Source: Octopus vulgaris (Eukaryota). From it: a stretch of DNA of 64,000 nt. Both the position numbers and the translations under genes were made by a program. Position 1 is the first letter of the stretch. Every line of letters begins with the position of its first letter. Where the stretch lies: assembly GCA_951406725.2 (NCBI GenBank), contig OX597838.1:15376001-15440000 (forward strand). Reading direction: 5' to 3'. Positions 11,555 to 25,050 of the stretch are shown here, piece by piece. The notes beneath the pieces are model-generated. The model saw nothing but the letters and a program-made list of their open reading frames with translations. It had not been told where the DNA came from and did not search any database.

Positions 11555-13082
11555 GTTGATCATGACTGATGGATTAGCAGAAATGGTAGGGCATTGCATT
11601 AAATACTTTGTGGGACTTTGTTATGTCCTTGTGCACTGTACTTTAATCTTACCATGGTTTACATTCCCTTCCTTGATTCTGAGATGTGGGGTGGGCATTG
11701 AAAGAAAGTACCAGTCTTATACTGGAGTGGGGATTAATTTAATTGCTTGTACTCTCCCGCCAAGATATGTTGCCTTGTGTGCCAAGTTAGAAACCACTAT
11801 TAATTTTGTGTTGCATAATTGATGAAATAATGAATTAAAAGCCTTTCAGAATTTCATTGCATTTCTTGTACATTCTGAATTCAGAATGGTGAGACTGACT
11901 AGGAGTTTCATCCTTTAGGGGTTGATCAAAATACGTACCTGTAAATTACTGCAGATTGATTTGTTTGATTATAACCCTTCAGCTACGTTTATGGGTCTGT
12001 TCCTATGTTAGAAATTAATATCAAAACTCTTTCAGAGTTAATGAAGTAGTAGAAAATGTAGAAGAGTAGATGAAATGTGTTCTAAATTCAAATCCTGACA
12101 AGGTTGACTATATCTTTCATCTCTACAGGGGTGGGTTTGTAAAATAAGTACCATTTCAAAGAATCGCCGTTAAAGATTTGTTATATTTATAATCTAAATT
12201 ATTCTGTATTGCATTAAAGCGATGAGCAACGTTGGCCAGTATTCAGGTGTGCACAGATGACAGTGGAATATTTCTTTGATTATTTTCTCCAAGTCCAAAC
12301 TCTTTTTCTCAGTAATAAACTAACAAAACCTGTGTAAATTCCATGGCTTTCACAAGTGAATATAACTACACAATGACTTACTCTTTTAATACTATTCCTT
12401 AAAAAAAAAAATTTCTTTTAGCATATGAGGCCCTGTTGGTTAAATAGGCTCAGTATGTATTTTCTTCTCCAATAACTATCTTTTAAATTAAAATTCACAT
12501 AGGGGGAAAAAGAAACAACTCAGTGAATTTTTCCCATTAACATAACCTTTCTGATACCAACATGACTGCACTGCCTGGATGAAAATATGAGTAGGGCAAT
12601 GTGTTTATTAGTGAGTAGACACAGGACTTATGATGATGCACCAAGGCCCAATGTAATTTCATGATATAAGTCTTTGCTTCCTTTTGTAATTTCCATCAAA
12701 ATTTAACATAATTCTCTAAACAGTGGTACATGATTGAAGGGAAAATAAGGATATAGTGATAATAAACTACTGTGTAAAATTAGCTTCTGTTTGCTTAAAT
12801 AATTTGTTACATTTTTTCAAAATGCATAAAGGGTGAATGAGGTAGAGGAACCTTTGTAAAACAGCATTCAATGAAAGGGGCTTTGTGCTACAAAAGGTTC
12901 GGAACAACTAGCAAAAAGCATTAGGAGATATGGTGACAAGGTCACAAAACTGATGGAATCTATTGTTTTAGTTTATATAATCTGTTTTAAACCCATGTTA
13001 CTTTAACCTAAACAAAAAGAAAACATGTAGTATTGACTAATTTTTATTATCATTTTATATTATGTGTGTGTATGTATATATA

Positions 13083-14075
13083 TATAGGTTGATTCAAAAG
13101 TCACTATACATAGGAACAATTTATTTTTTTTATGAGAAACAGTTTATAAGAACAGCTTTTTTTTTTTTATTTAACAGGCTCTATATGGTCACCATTGTTT
13201 TGAACACACATTGCAATATGTTTACCCCATTCATTGTGAACTCGTAATGGCACATCTGGTGATACTTGTGCAAATGAGTTGGTGATGCGTTCCTTCAAAT
13301 GATTTATGTCTTTTATCTTTTCGCGATACACCATGCCTTTCAAATGCCCCCAAAGATAGAAATCAAGAGGGGGTCAGATCAGGGGACCTAGGAGACCACT
13401 CAATTGGACCATGCCTACCAAGCCAGGCATCTGGAAATGTCTGATCCAACCACTGATGCACTTGAATAACATAATGAGGTGGGGCTCCATCTTGCTGGAA
13501 GTAAACCAGAAAGTTACCGTTTAGCAGTGATGGGAAAATTTCTTCTTGCAACATGTTGGGATACATTTTGGCATTAAGATTTCTATCAACAAAAATCGGG
13601 CCAATGATTTTGTCACCCCATATCACAGCCCAAGCCATCACTTTATCAGTACCTTGCATCTTTGTTGCACTCATCCAGTGAGGGCTAGCATTGCTCCAAT
13701 AACGCATGTTTTGGCTATTAACCTCTCCATTGACGTAAAAGTTAGCTTTGTCAGTAAACAAGATCTTAGTTGAAAAGTTTGCATCATCATTCAATTTGCT
13801 TGATGCCCATTCACAAAATTCTAGTTGTCTATCTGGGTCATCTTCACTCATATGCTGTAGCATCTGCGGTTTGTATGGATGCCACCTATTTGATTTTAAA
13901 ATGCATGTGATACTCTGTTGACTGACCCTAATTTCAGCAGCCAATCTTTGTGAACTTCTACGGGGGCTCCATGTTATTGATGCAAGAACTCTAACTCTTG
14001 TGTTTTCATCAGTTGCTAAATGTGGTCTACCACTTCTTCTTTGCTCAGTGAAATCAAACATGGAACCACATAATT
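13083..14075 (-). mobile_element. 5'-truncated mariner-like DNA transposon, DD41D (rosa/Visitor-type)
   Basis: transposase remnant; one TIR-like end TA-TAGGTTGATTCAAAAGTCACTATACA near 13083; no matching TIR seen at the other end. Confidence 0.8.
13167..14061 (-). pseudogene. Tc1/mariner transposase pseudogene (DD41D)
   Basis: RSGRP, ILFTDKANF, FQQDGAPPH, WSPRSPDLTP motifs; removing one C of the run near 13370 restores LDFYLWGHLKGMVY...GDHIEPVK*; 41 residues between second and third Asp. Confidence 0.92.
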
Positions 14076-14286
14076 TTCAAGTGAATTTCTTAATCACACA
14101 CTCATTTATTTTTAAGAAATGGGAAGACTGAGAAAGTACTTTTGGAAATGTATTATCTGTATGATTTATTGTCCACAAAAGCTCTCCCAAAGAGACAAAT
14201 TTCCAATTAAATATTTCAAATGTTAAACCATTTTGGACTTTTGGTTGGCAGAATCAGTAGAGCAGTGGACAAAACTATATGTTTAA

Positions 14287-14517
14287 GGGGGCTAGCTGGC
14301 AGAAACGTTACCACGTCGGGCGAAATGCTTAGCGGTATTTCGTCTGCCGTTATGTTGTGAGTTCAAATTCCGCCGAGGTCGACTTTGCCTTTCATCCTTT
14401 CGGGGTCGATAAATTAAGTACCAGTAACACACTGGGGTTGATGTAATTGATTTAATCCCTTTGTCTGTCCTTGTTTGTCCCCCCTACGTTTAGCCCCTTG
14501 TGGGTAGTAAAGAAATA
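14287..14517 (+). mobile_element. Full-length young SINE C nested in an older SINE C
   Basis: head gctggcagaaacgtta, B box gagttcaaattcc, core, tail; the older copy runs about 14245-14700 around it. Confidence 0.9.
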
Positions 14518-14819
14518 TATATGTCTTGCTGTATTTTAGTTACTTCAATTTCTGTGCTCACTGCCACTGAGGTCAGCTTTACCTTTCATTGTTTCAGGTT
14601 TGATAAAATAAAAGTACCAGTCAGATTAGTGGGTTGTGTGTATAATCAACTATTCTCTCTCCACGAAATTCCTAGCTTTGTGCCGGCTGATGCTGGAAAT
14701 TATTACATACTTCAACTCCTTTTAGCTTAGCCAACTTTTTGTTTTAAATGACTGGGGAGTCCCTTAAGTATTTGGGATGTCATCCTGTTGGAGGTAGTGA
14801 CAGTTCTGTAATTACAGGT

Positions 14820-15047
14820 TTAACCCTTTCGCGTTCAAATTAATATGTCATAAGTAATCCTTATTCATTTACATTTAAAAAAATTAATCTGGTATTATCT
14901 TGTAGCTTCAAGATTTGAAAGATGTAATTATTTATTTTTAGAATGACATTGCAGGGTAGGTGTGAGATACTGGTTCTGGCCAGTTTGAGCATAAAATGAG
15001 TAGAATATTCGGGCCGGATATAGCTGGTTTAAACACTAAAGGGTTAA
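14820..15047 (+). mobile_element. piggyBac-type MITE E
   Basis: TTAA-CCCTTT ... AAAGGG-TTAA. Confidence 0.85.
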
Positions 15048-15641
15048 AGGTCAAACTACCTAGTCTCTACTATAACATCCTAAATTAGCCTGGAAATAAG
15101 TTACTGGATGTATTTGTTTTTGCCTTAAGTATGTTGTTGCTGTTGATGTTATTACTGGTTGTTGGGTGTTGGCCAGCAATCACTTTTGAAATTGAATTCT
15201 GTATAGGTGTGTATGCAATCTCCATGTGGAAAGTGTGTGGCTTCGGAAGAGGACTACTTTGAAGGAGATTAAATGCCGAACTGATATGTGTTGTAGCTTT
15301 CCTTTTATAGCACCAGTCCTGATACTTTTTGATCAGACCTTGTGAGTCCTAGGGTTGAGTTGTTGATTTTGTTCAAAGTGTGCCCCAGTATGGCTACAGT
15401 CCAATGAATGAAACATATAAAAGGTGAAAAAAAAAAAAAAAATGTAGCTAAAAGTTATTCTATTTTGCACAGTAATCAAATTTATCAATATTCTGCAAAC
15501 TCTCCTTATATATAAATGTGCTTAGTTTTCGTTACACTTCACTTCAGGTTTTTTTTTTTTTTTGTAAACTTTGCGTCGTTGACTCTGATTCTGTAAGTGA
15601 AGAGGTTTGGCTTGATTTGTTTTCGTTTGAACTCTTAATGT

Positions 15642-15673
<32 letters not shown>

Positions 15674-16783
15674 GATATATCACAACTACCTCATTGACAT
15701 ACTTGATGGAGTCACTCTCACCACCACCATCTCATATAGCTAGCTATACTTAGTGGCTGGTAAAGGTCATGGCAGACAATAAAGCCTCTGATTAAAAGTA
15801 TTTTGGCTTCAGCCTTCTTCAGATACTAATCTATTTTGTTGTTGTTGATTCGGTCTCAGGATTTATATAGAGCTGACATTTAGAGTTTGGGTTTTATTTT
15901 TACACTCAATAAGATGAGAAGTACATAACAATGTATACAACATTATATAATCGACAATGCTTTAGTTACTCTTCATTTAACAGTATGGTTGACTGGGGGA
16001 ATTTACACTGAACTGATAAGTGGAGTTATATCTTTGTTTTTTACTGGTTTCGGTCATTGTACTGTAACAAGGATGGTATGCCATCTTGAAGGATTTAGTC
16101 GAATAAATTGACCCCAGTTCTTGTCAAGACATGCAGTTAAGAAGTATGGTTAAGAAATTTGCTTTCACAACTCATGGTTTCAGCTTCAGTCCCATGTTGG
16201 AGCACCGCTTTGAAGAGTTTTTAGTTGAACAAATCGATCTGGGGACTATATATATATATATATATGAGAATTTAACTTGGGTTGTATATTTCTGGAAATT
16301 CAAGTTGTTTGTATTTTTTGATGTATAATGTTCAGATGGATAGCCTTCTTGATTCTGACCATGCAGATATGAAACTTTTAGAGTGGTTACATTTTAAAGC
16401 CCCATAGACTGGAATACATACAGTAATGGTACTTTTTAATAGCTATTTATTGTTTGTCTAAGAAAGGACATGGTTGATAACTCTTACACAGAAGAAAAGG
16501 GTGGTGGGTGTTAGATTTGGTTCATTTTTCAATGTAAGAATATATATAAAATTAAGTGTATTTCAAACTCTGAAGGATTTTTATGGGCCTGTATTTTATT
16601 TTTTGTTTCATAGTGCTTAAAATGACTTTCCAAGAGACACACACAACTTTCATATTGAAAAAATAGGTATGGGAAGAGAGAGGGAAAGTGGTGGTGGTGG
16701 TGATGATGGGGAGGAGAGTAGTATTTGCTACCTGTGTGAGATGAAAGAATAAATTGAGAAACAGCATTGACTAGTGCAGTGGT

Positions 16784-17005
16784 TTAACTCTTTTGTTACC
16801 AACCTGGCTGAAACCGGTTCTGGGTACAAATACCTTGTTTTCATAAGTTTTGAATTAAGATCTTCCATCAAACTCTAGTCACAATTTATGTACCTAACAC
16901 CAGCTGAATGATAACCAAGTTATTTTACTAAATTCTTTGTTATATTTAAAATAATTGAAAGAAACACAGAGCATCTCAACAGGAATACGGTAACAAAAGG
17001 GTTAA
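16784..17005. mobile_element. piggyBac-type MITE I
   Basis: TTAA-CTCTTTTGTTACC ... GGTAACAAAAGGG-TTAA. Confidence 0.85.
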
Positions 17006-17228
17006 CCCTTTAGTGTTCAGATTATTCTATCAAACATAATGCTTATTGATTCCCATTGATTTGAATTAATCATGCATTATCTCATATCTTCAAGATCTTG
17101 ATGGTGTAATTACTTAATGTAGAATAACATTGTAGGGTAGGTGTGAGAGCCTGGATCTGGTCAGTTTGAACATAAAACAGATTAAATATTTTGGCCGGAT
17201 ATGGCCAGTTTAAATACTAAAGGGTTAA
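17002..17228 (+). mobile_element. piggyBac-type MITE E sharing a TTAA with the upstream MITE I
   Basis: TTAA-CCCTTTAGT ... ACTAAAGGG-TTAA. Confidence 0.88.
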
Positions 17229-17337
17229 AGGCTAGCTAATCCGGTGTTGCAATTTTGTGAATATAGTTGTCCATGGTAGCTCTTTTGTAGGTAACTAACT
17301 GACTATGGAAAGCATTTCATTGGCATTTTTAACCATA

Positions 17338-17670
17338 ACAGGTGCGGCTGTGTGGCAAGAAGTTCTCTTCCCAACCACATGGTTCCAGATTCACTCTTAC
17401 TGCGTGGCACCTTGGATCCTTGGATAAGCATCTTCTACTATAGCCTTGGGCTGACCAAAGTCTTGTGAGTGGATTTGATAGATGGAAACTGAAAGGAGCC
17501 CTTTGTGTATATACATATGTGTGTGTGTTTTTGTGTCTGTTTGACAACTGGTGTTGGTGTGTTTACATCCCTGTAACTTAGCGATTCAGCAAAAGAGATC
17601 GATAAAATAAGTACAAGGCTTAAAAAGAAAATAATTACTGGGGTTGATTAGTTGAACTAAAATTCTTCAA
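17338..17670 (+). mobile_element. SINE B, diverged
   Basis: homology to 19440-19841. Confidence 0.8.
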
Positions 17671-17839
17671 AGTTCTACAGTTAGCAATATGGTTGACAAC
17701 CATGAGAATTCCTTTCATAAATCGTTAGGCAATTGTTAGGTAAGTAATTAGGCCAAGTGTAGTAAATCAGGGAAGATCTTTGATGCTTATGAATTGATGG
17801 CAACTGAAACATTCACAAGTCATCCAGATCAGAAGTCAG

Positions 17840-17872
<33 letters not shown>

Positions 17873-19439
17873 ACGGGAAAAGCAAGCTGGTGTTCTCAAC
17901 AGCTATTTAACTCATCAATACCAACTGAACCACCAGTCAATCAATATAAGTTAGGCCTAAGTTATCTCATCAATATGGTAATTTGATGTAAAACTGATGT
18001 TAACTATCTCAGACTGTTATTGATTCTTTGGGTTATGTTTAATGATTGACTATTTCCATCACCCCTTTCACCACCACCAACACCATTGGCAGAATTGTTA
18101 TTGCTCCCAAACAAAAATTAGCGACATTTCTTTTGGCTTTATGTTCTGAATTCAAATGCTGCCAAAGGTTGACATTGCTTTTCATCCTTTCAGGGTTGAT
18201 AAAATAAGTACCAGTTAGTTGAGCACTGGAGTCAATGATATCGACTTAGCCTTCCCCTGAAACTGCTGGCCTTGTGCCAAAATATGAAATCAATATCAAT
18301 GAATAAGAACACACATTGTGTATTTATTCACTGCCAGATACCCCAAAATGAAATCTGGATACAAAATTTGCTGATGCTTTTAAAACTGTTTGATTATTGA
18401 TTATCCAATTTAATACTCATTTGGTCACCCACTCACTCACCCTGCCTATTCCAGTTGGAATAAAAGTTACACAAACTTGATGAATCTTTAAAGAGAAAAA
18501 GAGACTCTTAATGACTGCAGTTATTATTCCTTGGCTTCTTTCTTTTACTCCTTCCTTGAGGGAATTTTAATTTGTAACTATTTGTAAATATCTAATTATG
18601 ACATTGTTTCAATGGTGCCTGTTTTGAGACTGTTCACACCTCTATACGTCTTCAACTTTTGATGTAAAAGAAAAATTCCCCATGCTATCAAAAGTGCAGT
18701 TAACCCTTTCGTGAATGTTTTTCTAACATGTAGGCCACTTGTGCCTCCATTATATTTCAATGCAAGCAAGTCTGAAGCGGGATTTGAAATATACATAACT
18801 TTATACATTGATATATGGTGTGTTGGTATTGACCAACTGGTCTATGCATGTATGTGTGTGTGTGTATATTGTGTTGTATATATGTCTTTTACATGTTTCA
18901 GACATTTGACTATGGCCATTGCTGGGGCACTGCCTTAAATGGTTTTAGTCAAACAAATTTACCCCACTACTTACTTTTTAATAGTTTGGTACTTATTCTG
19001 TTGGTCTTTTTGCTGAACCGCTAAGTTTACAAAGATGTAAAACAAACCAATGATGATTTTATAGAAAATATTTACTCTTTAGTATTTGAAGATTTTTTAA
19101 TGTAATTTTGGTAAATATATCTGTTAAAATGAGATAGTGTTATTTTCATTTTTGCACGATTTAGACAATTTATTCACCGCACCCTGTATAATTTCTCCCA
19201 TTTTAAGAAATTCTGACTTAGAATGAGTGTGTGTGTTCTTGCTATATTCTATATTTGAAAATATGTCTTGAAGTATATTCTCTGTATCTCTCATCAGTGA
19301 TAAGGGGTTGCTGAGGTTTCCCCCTTCAAAGTTTGAAGTTTGTGAGATAACAGCAAACTTGTGACATTTAAAAATAATATCTATCAGTTATTGCTCAAAA
19401 TGGCTGCTGTTTATTATAATAATAATAATAATAATAATA

Positions 19440-19841
19440 GGCGCAGGAGTGGCTGTGTGGTAAGTAGCTTGCTTACCAACCACATGGTTCCGGGTTCATT
19501 CCCACTGCGTGGCACCTTGGGCAAGTGTCTTCTGCTATAGCCTCGGGCCGACCAAAGCTTTGTGAGTGGATTTGGTAGACGGAAACTGAAAGAAGCCCGT
19601 CGTATATATGTATGTAAGTGTGTGCGTTTATGTGTTTGTGTTTGTCCCCCCAACATCGCTTGACAACCGATGCTGGTGTGTTTATGTCTCCGTAGCTTAG
19701 TGGTTCGGCAAAAAACACCGATAGAATAAGTACTAGGCTTACAAAGAATAAGTCCTGGGGTTAACTTGCTCGACTAAAGGCGGTGCTCCAGCATGGCCAA
19801 AGTCAAATGACTGAAACAAGTAAAAGAGTAAAGAGTAAGAG
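19440..19841 (+). mobile_element. Full-length tRNA-derived SINE (family B, ~400 bp) inserted in (TAA)n
   Basis: A box TGGCTGTGTGG, B box GGTTCATTCCC, CORE-like CCTTGGGCAAGTG, internal (TG)n, AAAGAGT-like tail repeats; more than 10 copies in the window. Confidence 0.92.
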
Positions 19842-19867
19842 TAATAATAATAATTGTTATTACTGTG

Positions 19868-20435
19868 TGCTGGCAGAGTCATTAGTGTGTTGGACAGAAT
19901 GCTTAGAGGCTGGTTTTCTAGGTCTTAACATTCTGAGTTCAAATCCCACTGAGGTCAGCTTTACCATTCATATTTTCAGGCTTGATAAAATAAGTACTGG
20001 TTGGGTACTGGAATCGATGTAATTGACTTAGCCCACCCGCCAAAAATGTGAGACCATTATTATTATTGGCAGAAACGTTAGCACGCTGGGCAAAATGTGT
20101 AGCCGTATTTCGTCTGCCGTTACGTTCTGGGTTCAAATTCCGCCGAGGTCGACTTTGCCTTTCATCCTTTCGGGGTCGATTAAATTAAGTACCAGTTACG
20201 CACTGGGGTCGATGTAATCGACTTAATCCGTTTGTCTGTCCTTGTTTGTCCCCTTCTGGGTTTAGCCCCTTGTGGGTAGTAAAGAAATATATTATTATTG
20301 CTGTGAGCTGGCAGAACCATTAGCATGCTGGATGAGATGCTTAGTGGTATTTCGCCTGTCACTACATTCTGAGCTGACTAGTAATTGACCAGTCCCTCTC
20401 CTCCAAATTTCTGGCCTTGTACCTATAGTAGAAAG
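19868..20435 (+). mobile_element. Tandem cluster of SINE C copies (young copy 20067-20289)
   Basis: three SINE C heads separated by (ATT)n. Confidence 0.82.
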
Positions 20436-20954
20436 GGTGATTTAAAAAGGTAATATAAAAAGAGAAAGGTGCTCTCTACCCGGCTTTTGACCAGGCTCCC
20501 GTTGGCTTTTATGGGTTTTTTCCACCAGGAACCTTTCGTAACGCCTCCCCTTATTGGGAGTTTTTTGTTGTTATATTTTCATTGTTAAACTGCTTTGTAA
20601 CCTTTTGTCCTGTTTTGTCCCTTTTTTGTTATAATTAATTTTTGTCAGCCCTTGTGGCCAATAAAAGAATGAATTATTATTATCATTATTAATAAGGCAG
20701 TGAGCTGGCAGAGTTGTTAGCATGCTGGGCAAAATGCTTAATAGTGTTTCATCTGCCACTACATTCCGAGTTATAATTCTGCCAAGGTCAACTTTGCCTT
20801 TCATCCTGTTGGGATCGATGAATAGGTGCCGGTTGAATGCTGAGGTCAATGTAATCAATTTACTTCCTTGAAATTGCTGGCCTTTTACCAAAATTTGAAA
20901 CCAATATTTCCCCTCAGAATTTCTGATCTTGTTTCCAGCTTTTATCTGTTTGCT

Positions 20955-21297
20955 TTTACTTGTTTCAGTTATTGGACTGCGCCCATGCTGGGGCACTATC
21001 TTGTGGGGTTTTGTTGACTAAATCAACCCAGGCACTTATTTTTGTACTTATTCTTTTGAACTGTTTTTCTGAACTGCTAAGTCAGGAGTACATAAACCTA
21101 CAACAATTATCAAACGGTGATAGGAAGAAACACACACACAAAATGAGCTTTCACACAGTTTCCATCTACCAAATTCATTCCCAAGGCATTGGTTGCCCTG
21201 GGGCTATAAGTAGAAGACACTTGCCCAAGGTGCTGCACAGTGGGACTGAACCTGAAACTATGTGGTTATAAAGTGAGCCTCTTAACTACACAGCCAG
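20955..21297 (-). mobile_element. SINE B, diverged
   Basis: reverse-complement homology to family B. Confidence 0.8.
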
Positions 21298-21300
21298 GTA

Positions 21301-21526
21301 TATAAAAAGCACCAGCCGATCGTAGCTGTTTGCCAGCCTACCCTGGCCCCTGTGCTGGTGGCACGTAAAAAGCACCCACTACACTCACGGAGTGGTTGGC
21401 GTTAGGAAGGGCATCCAGCTGTAGAAACACTGCCAGATCAGACTGGAGCCTGGCGCAGCCTCCTGGCTTCCCAGACCCCGGTCGAACCGTCCAACCCATG
21501 CTAGCATGGAAAAACAAACGTTAAAC
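21301..21526 (+). mobile_element. RTE LINE 3' UTR fragment (family D)
   Basis: gagtggttggcgttaggaagggcatccagctgtagaaac...aacccatgctagcatgg. Confidence 0.82.
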
Positions 21527-23896
21527 TATCATTCAGTTGGTTGTGACATTTAATGCCTTTCACTTACAATGTTTCCTTTTTCATATTTTTGCCTGAATAA
21601 TCTGTTTTTACTTGGTTCAGTAATCTTCAGCTACAATTAAGGAAGGCTACCATCCCCAAGGAAGTGTGTTTGTTGCCGAAAAATACTAGGTGTTGGTAAT
21701 TTCATGCTATATCCTTATTAACACCTTTCTGCTTTTCCATTAAATTACCGTTAAATATTGTTAAGAGAGCTGTCAACCACAGCTAACCAACCGAAAATAT
21801 ATCATCATTTACTGAATGTATTTAGTTACCATTTTTAATTTTTGTTTTTTTTTTATCATTCTTTCCCCCTTGCATTTAATGTTTCAAAGTTGTTTAGTAA
21901 TACCATCCAGGTAGTTCCTAATTCATGGAGGAGGAAAATCTGGGCGTAAGATGGTGTTGATGATGATGATGATGATTATTATTATAATTATTATTGTTGT
22001 GGTGCAAAGAAGGAAGAGAGGCAAAGTGAAAGATGTTGAACCAGATGATTGGACTGATTTATATTGTAGGCATTAAATAAAATATAGCTTTTATTACAGT
22101 CAGCTGGTGAGAAGGGAAATGAGGGTGTTAGCCAGAAATTCCACACTTAACTCTAACAATATTTTTTTTTTTATTCCTCTTGTGATTATAGGTGGAATGT
22201 TATATGAGTACAGAGTGTAAAGGAAATTAGGACAGATGGGTAGGTAGAATCTCAGCTGGTAGTTAGCTTAATTGGAATTGATTGCCTGGGATAGAACTGT
22301 AAAAACAGTCCAAAGTGTTTCTGACCCATGAGTAGCCTTTTGTTTTGAAGTTTATACTCTTTGAGGTTTTGCTAGAAATTTGCAGCATTTTATTTCTGTT
22401 TAATAGATTGATTTCATGATTTTCTGTCTAAAGAATATTCCTATGTAGATTTCGGAACTCTTTTTCGTTTTGGAATTAGTCCCACTTTTATTTTTTTTTA
22501 TATATATATATGCATTTAGCAATTGTTATTGTTGCTGATATTGTTTAACTCCAGCTCAGTTCTGATCCAGCAGACCTATGATCAAAGATGATCCAGCCAT
22601 GGCAATCTTCTTTTATTTTCCAAATATTGTACATCAGAGACTATATTATTCATTACATTTATTATTTTGTTTTTTTAAGATGGCTGTGTGTGTTTTGAGA
22701 GAGATTTAGTTACTATTTCTGTCAAGTTTTAGCAGCCATGTAGAAACATCTTTGTCTCTTCTACTGGTCTTTATTCCTGCCTTCAAGATTTGGTATGTGA
22801 GCTTTAATAAAAAAAATAAGCTTTCTTCCAGCTGAAACCATTCCATCTGTGCTTTTCCACCAATTTAACCCCAGGACTAGGAAATGATAGTCTCAACAGA
22901 CAAACATCTTTATGAAAGATGTTTTTTTTTGCCATTTTTTTTTTATTATTATCTTATCAAGTAATTTGTTTAGAAGCTTCCTAGAAGCTTCCTATCTAAT
23001 TACACTGTGTAACTAAATTCAATTTTGTTTTGTCTTTGGTCAGTAAGTGTTATTCCTATTTGTTTCCATCTAGAAATCAAAGGAAATGACTACTATTCCC
23101 TTCAAACTATGCTTTTGTGACCTGAACATCAATGTTTTGAAACTGATTTCTTTCCCATTACATTTCAGATCGATTCAGCACCAAGTTGCTGAAGCAGAAA
23201 TATTATAGCAAATATTCTGCTCAATACCACAGACTTGCTTGTCAGTTGCTTGATCATAACCACTTGAGCATATCCCTTAGTGGCTGACAATATGCGCATC
23301 TCTGATGATGAGCAGGAGTAGTTAAGGTGCATCATAGCCATGTGTTGAGAGGGATTCTCTGGGGTTTGGAATAAATGTAAGAAAAGCAAAGTTTGAAGGA
23401 AATATTAGTTATTTTTCTTAAGCAAAAAGGAAATAATAGTAGCTACCCGAGGAGAAATATCATGTTATACAGTGTTATTTGACGATGTTTTTGGTTAATG
23501 TGACTTACAATATATATTTTCTTGGAATAAGAACTCTTCTGAGACAGACCAACTTAAAGCAATTGTGTTAATTATTACAGCTGTTTGAATAATGCATTTT
23601 TAATCGTGTGAATCTTATAAATATTCAGAACGGGCTGTGTTTGTTGTTACGCGGCCCCCTCTCCCCCCTCCCATTCATGACTATGTTCTGTCACAGAACA
23701 ATAGTGTGTCTTCTTTAACACAATTCAGTTTCTTTCAAACTCCTATTCTTGTCGTCCTGAAAGAAACCGTGAAAGAAATGCAAACAATACTGGAGTTTTT
23801 TCCCCCCCATTATTTCCTTTTGCATTTATCAGTTTTGCAGTGAGGATGTCTGTGTTTCTTACAACCAGCAGTATTATTGTTGTTGTTATTATTTTC

Positions 23897-24629
23897 AAGG
23901 CAGTGGAGCTGGCAGAATTGTTAGCATGCCTGGCAAAATGCTTAGAAGCATTTAATCTGTCTTTATGTTTTGAGTTCAAATTCTGCTGAGGTCGCCTTTG
24001 CATATTATCCTTTTGGAGTAGATAAAACAAGTACCAGTTGAGCGTTGGGGTCAGTGTAATTGACTAGACCCCTTCCCCCAAAATTCCAGGCATTGTGTCT
24101 TTAGTAGAAAGCATTATTATTGTCCTTTTTTTGTTATAATTAATTTTTGTCAGCCCTTGTGGCCAATAAAAGAATTAATTATTATTATTATTAAGGCAGT
24201 GAGGTGGCAGAATTGTTAGCATGGTGGATGAAATGCTTAGCAGTATTTCACCCATCATTATATCCTGAGTTCAAATTCCATCGAGGTCAAATTTGCCTTT
24301 TATTCTCTTGGGGTCGATTAGTTAAGTACCAGTTACGCACTGGGACCAATGTAGTTGACTAGTCCCCTCCCCGAAAATTTCGGGTCTTGTGCCTATAATA
24401 CAAAAGAGAAAAGTGGCAAGCTGGCGGAATCATTAGCATGCTGGACAAAATACTTAGCAGTATTTCACCTATTATTATGTTCTGAGTTCAAATTCTGTCA
24501 AGGTTGACTTTTGCCTTTCATCCTTTGAGGGTCAATAAATTAAGTACCAGTGAAACACTATGGTTAATGTAATCAACTAGTCCCCTTCCCACAAATTTGA
24601 GGTCTTCTGCTTCCAGTAAAAAGGATTAA

Positions 24630-24665
<36 letters not shown>

Positions 24666-25050
24666 GGTGATGAACTGGTAGAATTGTTAGCATGTCGGAC
24701 AAAATGCTAAAGGGCATTTCTTCTGGCTCATTATGTTCTGAGTTCAAATTCTGCCAAGTTCAACTTTGCCTTTCATCCTTTCAGGGTTGATAAAATAAGT
24801 ACCCATCAAGTACTGCGGTTAATATAATTGACTTTCCCATCCCCTCAAAGTTGCTGGCCTTGTGCCAAAATTAGAAAGAATTATTATTATTTTGACAAGC
24901 TGGCTGTATTTCTCACAGCTCTTTACATTCTGGTTTTAATTTCCGCTATGGTCACCTTTAGTTAAATAACATACTAGTGAAGTACTACAGTTGATGCTAT
25001 TCACTGAGCTTTCCCTTTAAAATTACTTGCCTTGTGCCTAAATTAGAAAG
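23897..25050 (+). mobile_element. Head-to-tail array of about five SINE C copies
   Basis: repeated gctggcagaattgttagcatg heads near 23907, 24200, 24420 and 24672, plus a decayed copy near 24900; (ATT)n spacers. Confidence 0.85.
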
